Below, one piece after another: positions 58,353 through 64,000 of a stretch of DNA of 64,000 nucleotides. The notes beneath the pieces were generated by a model, which saw only the letters and a list, made by a program, of their open reading frames with translations, was not told the DNA's origin and searched no databases. Position 1 is the stretch's first letter, and each line of letters starts with the position of its first letter. The DNA is taken from the NCBI GenBank assembly GCA_913775595.1, contig CAJYLB010000001.1:682001-746000 (forward strand), written 5' to 3'. The DNA comes from an uncultured Aquiluna sp. Its GTDB lineage: Bacteria > Actinomycetota > Actinomycetes > Actinomycetales > Microbacteriaceae. The position numbers and the translations under genes were made by a program.

Positions 58353-59549
58353 ATGCTGGATTCGAAGGCGCTACTCAGCGAGGCCGCTACTCATGCAGAG
58401 ACCCTCGTTGGCATCAGGCGTGAACTTCACCAGATTCCTGAGTTTGCCCTGGACCTACCTCAAACCCAGGCAAGAATCCTCAAGTCGATAGAGGGGCTTG
58501 GTGAGATTACCCTCGGTAGGGATCTGACATCTATTGCACTGGTTATTCGAGGCGGCAAGCCAGGCCCAACCGTCTTGCTTCGCGCTGACATGGATGCGCT
58601 CAAGGTCGAAGAGGAGACTGGACTCGACTATGCCTCCACGAACGGCTACATGCATGCCTGCGGACACGATCTTCACATGGCGGGAGCTATTGGGGCTGCC
58701 CACCTACTTGCGACCCACAAAGCAGAGCTAAATGGCGATGTTCTGATTTGGTTCCAGCCTGGAGAAGAGGGTCATCACGGTGCTGACGTGATGATCGAGG
58801 AGGGAATGTTGGAGCTAACTGGGAACCATCCAGTTGCCGCATACGGCCTCCATGTCTTCACATCATTGCCACTAGGGGCGATTGCCTGCAAACCAGGTCC
58901 CCTCATGGCCTCAGCGGGAGATATGCATGTCACCTTCCGCGGCTCTGGAGGCCACGGTTCCATGCCTTGGCTTAGCAAAGACCCGGTTACGCCAATGATC
59001 GAATCAATCGCCGCGTTGCAAAACCTCATCAACAAGCAGTTTGACCAGTTTGACCCTGTAATTCTCAATGTTGGTTGGATTAGAGCCGGAGATGATGCGA
59101 CCACAAATGTCATAGCGGACAGCGCGAGCTTTGGCGCCACCGTTAGGACCTTCTCCGAGGTAAACACAAAGAAACTTCACGAGCTCGCACCAAAACTGAT
59201 TCACTCCATTGCAGAGGGTTTTGGGGTCACTGCGGAGGTCGAGTTTGGTCGAGCGACCAAGGTGCTCATGAACGACCCCTCGGCAGTTTCGCGAGTTGAG
59301 GAGGTTGCAAAGGAGCTAGTCGGCGACGCGGGATACGTTCCGATGGAGAATCCGATTGCAGGTGGTGAAGATTTTGCCTCGATAGTTGCAGCGGTTCCCG
59401 GGGCCTTTGTCTTCGTTGGGGCATGCCCACCAGACATCGACTACCAGAGTGCTCCTACTAACCATTCATCCAAGGCGACCTTCGACGACTCAGTTCTTCC
59501 GCTCTGCTCGGCACTCCTTGCCTCTTTAGCGCTAAAGCACCTCGGCTAA
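58353..59549 (+). CDS. M20D amidohydrolase (hippurate hydrolase-like)
   Basis: RELHQIPE, LLRADMDAL, MHACGHD, FQPGEEG, GEDF. Confidence 0.9.
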   Translation: MLDSKALLSEAATHAETLVGIRRELHQIPEFALDLPQTQARILKSIEGLGEITLGRDLTSIALVIRGGKPGPTVLLRADMDALKVEEETGLDYASTNGYMHACGHDLHMAGAIGAAHLLATHKAELNGDVLIWFQPGEEGHHGADVMIEEGMLELTGNHPVAAYGLHVFTSLPLGAIACKPGPLMASAGDMHVTFRGSGGHGSMPWLSKDPVTPMIESIAALQNLINKQFDQFDPVILNVGWIRAGDDATTNVIADSASFGATVRTFSEVNTKKLHELAPKLIHSIAEGFGVTAEVEFGRATKVLMNDPSAVSRVEEVAKELVGDAGYVPMENPIAGGEDFASIVAAVPGAFVFVGACPPDIDYQSAPTNHSSKATFDDSVLPLCSALLASLALKHLG

Positions 59550-59637
59550 AGTTACTTCTTGTTACCTACGGGATTGCCCAGTGCAGCGCAATCACACATA
59601 GTTTTACTGACCACTTCTTTTACCAAGGAAAGAGCCA

Positions 59638-60933
59638 ATGACTGACGCAGCTAACTGGGGATTCGAAACCCAGCAGATTCACGCCGGAGCAGAGAGCGAC
59701 CCAGCCACCAATGCCCGTGCAGTTCCTATCTATAAAACTACTGCCTACACATTCAACTCAGCCGAGCACGCTCGTAACCTGTTTGGCCTAGCCGAGTTTG
59801 GCAACATCTACACCCGCATCATGAACCCAACCCAGGACGTTGCTGAGAAGCGCATCGCAGCCTTGGAGGGTGGAACCGCAGCTTTGCTCCTATCCAGTGG
59901 CCAGGCAGCTGAAACCTTTGCAGTTCTGAACATCGCGCAGGCGGGCGACCACATCGTCTCTTCATCGACTTTGTATGGAGGCACCTACAACCTCTTTAAG
60001 TACACGCTTGCCAAGCTAGGCATTGAGGTCACATTCGTCGAGGACCAGGACGATGAGAATGAGTGGCAGCAGGCTGTGAAGCCAAACACCAAACTCTTCT
60101 TCGCAGAAACAATTGGTAACCCCAAGGTCTCTATTCTCGACATCCGCAAAGTTGCCGGCGTTGCCCACAAGAACGGTCTGCCTCTCATCGTCGACAACAC
60201 TGTTGCCACTCCCTACCTAATCAAGCCCTTGGAGCACGGCGCTGACATCGTTGTGCACTCCGCAACCAAGTTCCTAGGTGGGCATGGAACGGTAGTGGCC
60301 GGAGCAATTGTTGACGGCGGCAAGTTCGAGTGGTCAAAGTCGGACAAGTTCCCAGGCCTTACCCAGCCGGACCCCAGCTACCACGGCGTTGTCTACACCG
60401 AGGCCCTTGGAGATGGCATCGCCTACATCATCAAGGCGAGGGTTCAGCTGCTTCGCGACATCGGTGCAGCGGTTTCGCCTGACACTGCCTTCTCCCTGAT
60501 TCAGGGCATCGAGACGCTCAGCCTGAGAATGGAGCGCCACGTTGAGAACGCAACCAAGGTTGCCCAGTGGCTCGAGGCTCAACCTCAGGTAAAGAGCGTG
60601 AACTACGCGGGACTGAGTAGCTCTCCTTATCACCAGGCTCACAAAACATACGCACCAAAGGGGGCTGGTGCAATTGTTTCCTTCGAGATCGAAGGAGGCG
60701 TGGACTCCGGTGTGAGATTTGTTGACGGACTTGAGCTACACAGCCACGTCGCCAACATTGGAGATGTCCGCTCTCTAGTTATCCACCCGGCTTCAACAAC
60801 CCACTCGCAGCTAAGCGAGGAAGACCTCGCCACCACCGGTGTGACACCAGGTCTAGTGAGACTGTCGGTCGGACTTGAGAGCTACGAGGACATTGTGGCT
60901 GATTTGCAGAAAGGCTTTGCAGCCGCAAAATAA
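59638..60933 (+). CDS. metY: O-acetylhomoserine sulfhydrylase
   Basis: [25 protein letters not shown] site, [18 protein letters not shown]. Confidence 0.93.
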   Translation: MTDAANWGFETQQIHAGAESDPATNARAVPIYKTTAYTFNSAEHARNLFGLAEFGNIYTRIMNPTQDVAEKRIAALEGGTAALLLSSGQAAETFAVLNIAQAGDHIVSSSTLYGGTYNLFKYTLAKLGIEVTFVEDQDDENEWQQAVKPNTKLFFAETIGNPKVSILDIRKVAGVAHKNGLPLIVDNTVATPYLIKPLEHGADIVVHSATKFLGGHGTVVAGAIVDGGKFEWSKSDKFPGLTQPDPSYHGVVYTEALGDGIAYIIKARVQLLRDIGAAVSPDTAFSLIQGIETLSLRMERHVENATKVAQWLEAQPQVKSVNYAGLSSSPYHQAHKTYAPKGAGAIVSFEIEGGVDSGVRFVDGLELHSHVANIGDVRSLVIHPASTTHSQLSEEDLATTGVTPGLVRLSVGLESYEDIVADLQKGFAAAK

Positions 60934-62139
60934 ATGGATTTCCAGATATCTGAAGACTCTGCGCCCTCGGAGTTCATCTCCGAGGAGCAGCGTCGCCAGT
61001 TAGTTGGAAGACCTCCTGCAACCGGCGCCTGGCTTATAGGAGACCCGGTTGGAGACCGTAAGTTCTCCGAAATCTTTGACCTAGGGCTCGAGTCGGGTCA
61101 ACGCCTTGAAGGAGCCCGCCTCGCCTACGAAACTTGGGGGGAGCTAAACGCAGATCGCTCGAATGCGATTCTGGTGCTGCATGCCCTCACCGGCGATAGC
61201 CACACCTCGGGCGATGCCGGAAACGGACACCCAACCGCGGGCTGGTGGAATGGGCTGATTGGCCCGGGGCTCGCACTCGATACTGACAAATACTTCGTAA
61301 TTACACCTAATGTTCTAGGTGGCTGCCAAGGTTCAACAGGTCCAAGCTCTCTCGACAAAAACGGCCGCGAGTATGGGCCCTCCTTTCCCCAGCTCACTAT
61401 CCGCGACCAAGCGCGGAGCTTTGAGATTCTCGCCGATGAGTTGGGTATCGCAACTTGGCACACCGTTATCGGTGGCTCCATGGCTGGCATGCACGCGCTA
61501 GAGATGGCAATTGAAAACCCAGGCAGCATTGCAAGGCTTGCAGTCCTTGCCGCACCACCCTTCTCAACCAGTGATCAGATTGCACTGAACACGGTCCAGC
61601 TAGAGGCAATCAGATCGGATAGCAACTTCGCCGCGGGTTGGTACTACGACGCAAAACCTGGCTTTGGTCCCCACAAGGGTCTTGCGTTGGCAAGGCGCAT
61701 GGCGCTTTTGAATTACCGTTCCCCTGCCGAGCTAAATGACCGGTTTGGCAGAACCTGGCAGTCTCAGGTGAGTCCACTTACAGAGCGCGGGAAGTTTGCA
61801 GTTGAGAGTTATCTAGATTTTCATGGCAACAAATTTGTTCGTCGCTTTGACGCCAACAGCTACATCACACTCGTAAACGCCATGAACTCGCACGATGTCG
61901 GAAGAGATCGAGACGGCGTAGAGGCGGCCCTTTCCAAAATAACTTGCAAGACGCTCGTGCTGGGTCTTGATAGCGACCGGCTCTTCCCAGTCTCTGGGCA
62001 GGAGATTATTGCTCGGCACATCTCTGGAGAGCTTTACGGCGGTGAGCTACAGGTCGTGAAGAGCGAATATGGCCACGATGGTTTCCTGATCGAAATAGAA
62101 CAGGTTGGAAGCAGGCTCAAGGGGCTGATTGAGTCATAG
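60934..62139 (+). CDS. metX: Homoserine O-acetyltransferase
   Basis: LHALTGD, NVLGGCQGSTGP, GGSMAG, RFDANSY, YGHDGFL. Confidence 0.93.
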   Translation: MDFQISEDSAPSEFISEEQRRQLVGRPPATGAWLIGDPVGDRKFSEIFDLGLESGQRLEGARLAYETWGELNADRSNAILVLHALTGDSHTSGDAGNGHPTAGWWNGLIGPGLALDTDKYFVITPNVLGGCQGSTGPSSLDKNGREYGPSFPQLTIRDQARSFEILADELGIATWHTVIGGSMAGMHALEMAIENPGSIARLAVLAAPPFSTSDQIALNTVQLEAIRSDSNFAAGWYYDAKPGFGPHKGLALARRMALLNYRSPAELNDRFGRTWQSQVSPLTERGKFAVESYLDFHGNKFVRRFDANSYITLVNAMNSHDVGRDRDGVEAALSKITCKTLVLGLDSDRLFPVSGQEIIARHISGELYGGELQVVKSEYGHDGFLIEIEQVGSRLKGLIES

Positions 62140-63316
62140 AGTGGAGCCTGTGAATCTGCTCCGTTCCAAAATTGCCGTCTCATTTTTCTTCCTCTCCGGG
62201 GGTTCGGCTTTAGCACTTTGGGCGGTGCACATTCCGCTTATTGAAAAGACCGTTGGAATTGACTACTCGGTTCTTGGAGCCCTGCTAATGTTCAGCGGCC
62301 TGGGCGGCTTCGTGGCAATGCAGGTCTTTGGCTGGATGATCGACCACATCGGAAGTAAATCTGCAACGCGAATCGGTGGAGTTGCAGTGGGGCTCTCACT
62401 ACTCGGACCGGCCTATGCGCAGGATGCGTTTTCCCTTGGGCTTGCAATCCTGCTTCTCGGCTTTGGAATCGCAGGGGTTGATGTGGGGATGAACGGTGCC
62501 GCTCTGCAGGTAGAAAAAGAAAACAAGCGGCCGATATTCACGTTTTTCCACCTGTTTTGGTCCGTAGGGGGTTTGGCTGGAGCGGCTTTAGGGTTTGCCA
62601 CTATCTCTGCAGGTTTTTCTCAAGCTCAGACGCTCCCGGTGGTGGGAATCACGCTAAGCATCGTTGGGCTACTGATGGCAGGCTGGCTTCTGCCTGATAA
62701 GGCAAATGTTGACCGCACCCAAGAAAAGAGTGTCTCTAAAGCCTCAACCAAGGCAAACCGAAGTGTTCTGGGCTTTGTAATACTGGCGGGTCTCATGAGT
62801 GCCTCTGGGGCAATCATTGAGGGAGTTGCCCACGATTGGTCTGCCCTATATCTCCGAGACATCCAGCTGGTTACTGCATCCAGTGCGGCCTGGGGACTGG
62901 CTGCCTTCAACGTTGGAATGATCCTGGGTCGGATTTTTATTGACCGCATCGTGGAGGCTCGAGGTCGAGGCTTCGTGATTGTCTGGGGATCGCTCGCAGC
63001 AGCCGTCGCAATTGGCCTGCAGTCCATTGCCCCCAACTACTCGCTCTCGCTCTTCTTCTGGTTCCTCCTCGGCCTAGGTATCTCGGGAGTTGTACCGCAG
63101 CTATTCGCAGCTGGTGGCGAGATTGGTGAGGCAACGCACTCAGGGCGCAACATGGCGAGGGTTGTTGGAATTACATACATTGGCGGTCTGGCCGGTCCTT
63201 CAATCATTGGACTTCTAACTCTCGCTGTTCCGTTGAACATCGCAATTGGCTGGGGCTCCCTGCTTGGACTGTTTATAGTTTTGGCCTGGCCTCAGCTTGG
63301 AAAGCTAAATAAATGA
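62129..63316 (+). CDS. MFS transporter
   Basis: Multi-TM; DVGMNG, HLFWSVG, DWSALYL, GPSIIG; start may be GTG 62150. Confidence 0.85.
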   Translation: MSHRVEPVNLLRSKIAVSFFFLSGGSALALWAVHIPLIEKTVGIDYSVLGALLMFSGLGGFVAMQVFGWMIDHIGSKSATRIGGVAVGLSLLGPAYAQDAFSLGLAILLLGFGIAGVDVGMNGAALQVEKENKRPIFTFFHLFWSVGGLAGAALGFATISAGFSQAQTLPVVGITLSIVGLLMAGWLLPDKANVDRTQEKSVSKASTKANRSVLGFVILAGLMSASGAIIEGVAHDWSALYLRDIQLVTASSAAWGLAAFNVGMILGRIFIDRIVEARGRGFVIVWGSLAAAVAIGLQSIAPNYSLSLFFWFLLGLGISGVVPQLFAAGGEIGEATHSGRNMARVVGITYIGGLAGPSIIGLLTLAVPLNIAIGWGSLLGLFIVLAWPQLGKLNK

Positions 63317-64000
63317 GTTTGCTGTTCACCCCGATAACGATCCGCTCCCTAGAGATCAAGAACCGGCTGTGGGTCTCGCCGATGTGCATGTATTCGTGCG
63401 AAAACCAAGACGGCGTTGTCGGTGACTGGCACCTCGTCCATCTCGGTTCGAGAGCTATCGGTGGTGCAGGTCTAGTCATGGCAGAGGCAACCGCGGTGAA
63501 CCCCGAGGGAAGAATCTCTCCATGGTGTCCCGGCATTTGGAGCGATGAGCAGATCCCTGGCTGGAAAAAAGTTACCGACTTCATCCGCAGCGCAGGTTCG
63601 GTAAGCGCGCTCCAGCTAGCGCATGCCGGCCGCAAGGCGAGCACCTACCGAGCCTGGTCCGGGTCGGGCACCGTGCCCATTTCTGATGGGGGCTGGCAGA
63701 GCTACTCCGCAACCCATGTTGCCTTTGAGGGCTACAGCGCGCCAAGGATGCTAGGGACCGAAGAGGTGAGGGAGCTCGTCGGAGATTTTCGAGCTGCCGC
63801 TCGTAGGTCCGTGGCGGCAGGATTTGATGCTCTGGAGATTCATGCCGCTCACGGCTACCTAATTCACCAGTTCCTCTCCCCCATCACCAACCAAAGAACA
63901 GACGAGTTTGGCGGGGACCTGGAAAACAGAGCCCGCCTGCTGCTCGAGATTGTCAGTGCGGTGCGTGAGGAGATAGGCGAGGACATGCCACTTATGGTCA
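63313..64000 (+). CDS. NADH:flavin oxidoreductase (Old Yellow Enzyme, YqjM/NamA-like); runs off window end, absent from ORF track
   Basis: Manual translation: MSLLFTPITIRSLEIKNRLWVSPMCMYS, EATAVNPEGRIS, QLAHAGRKAS, EIHAAHGYLIHQFLSP. Confidence 0.92.
   Translation, partial: MSLLFTPITIRSLEIKNRLWVSPMCMYSCENQDGVVGDWHLVHLGSRAIGGAGLVMAEATAVNPEGRISPWCPGIWSDEQIPGWKKVTDFIRSAGSVSALQLAHAGRKASTYRAWSGSGTVPISDGGWQSYSATHVAFEGYSAPRMLGTEEVRELVGDFRAAARRSVAAGFDALEIHAAHGYLIHQFLSPITNQRTDEFGGDLENRARLLLEIVSAVREEIGEDMPLMV

Overview
Core-chromosome window of a streamlined actinobacterium, most like a planktonic Microbacteriaceae (Aquiluna/Rhodoluna-like; inferred from gene order, protein motifs and near-zero spacers, not from a search). 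In order: mnmA (5' end), a cysteine desulfurase, and the glgX-glgE-glgB alpha-glucan genes; DivIVA-like and envelope genes; cdsA-frr-pyrH-tsf-rpsB; xerC-dprA; gltA, rsmD, recG; rnhB-lepB-rplS-trmD-rimM-khpA-rpsP-ffh; mutM-rnc-rpmF-ferredoxin-ftsY-smc; a peptide ABC operon interrupted by an antisense gene; a minimal Tad/Flp pilus cluster (the pilin was missed by the ORF track); tRNA-Leu(UAG) followed by a ParD-like/ParE-like TA pair; alpha- and beta-galactosidase with a DeoR regulator; ung; metY-metX; and a partial flavin oxidoreductase. I saw no CRISPR, IS, prophage or mobile integrase. The most unusual signal is a 202-codon antisense ORF under the inserted PH-domain gene, joined by exact TAATG stop/start overlaps to oppC at one end and oppD/F at the other (a possible non-contiguous operon with a translational bridge). 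Other leads: seven convergent gene pairs with stop codons overlapping in 4 nt; a membrane protein with an internal Arg-rich/lipobox signal; DnaA-box-like motifs before tadA and dprA plus an SD-sequestering hairpin at dprA; and structured leaders on rplS and rpsP. Product calls come from motif recognition only.
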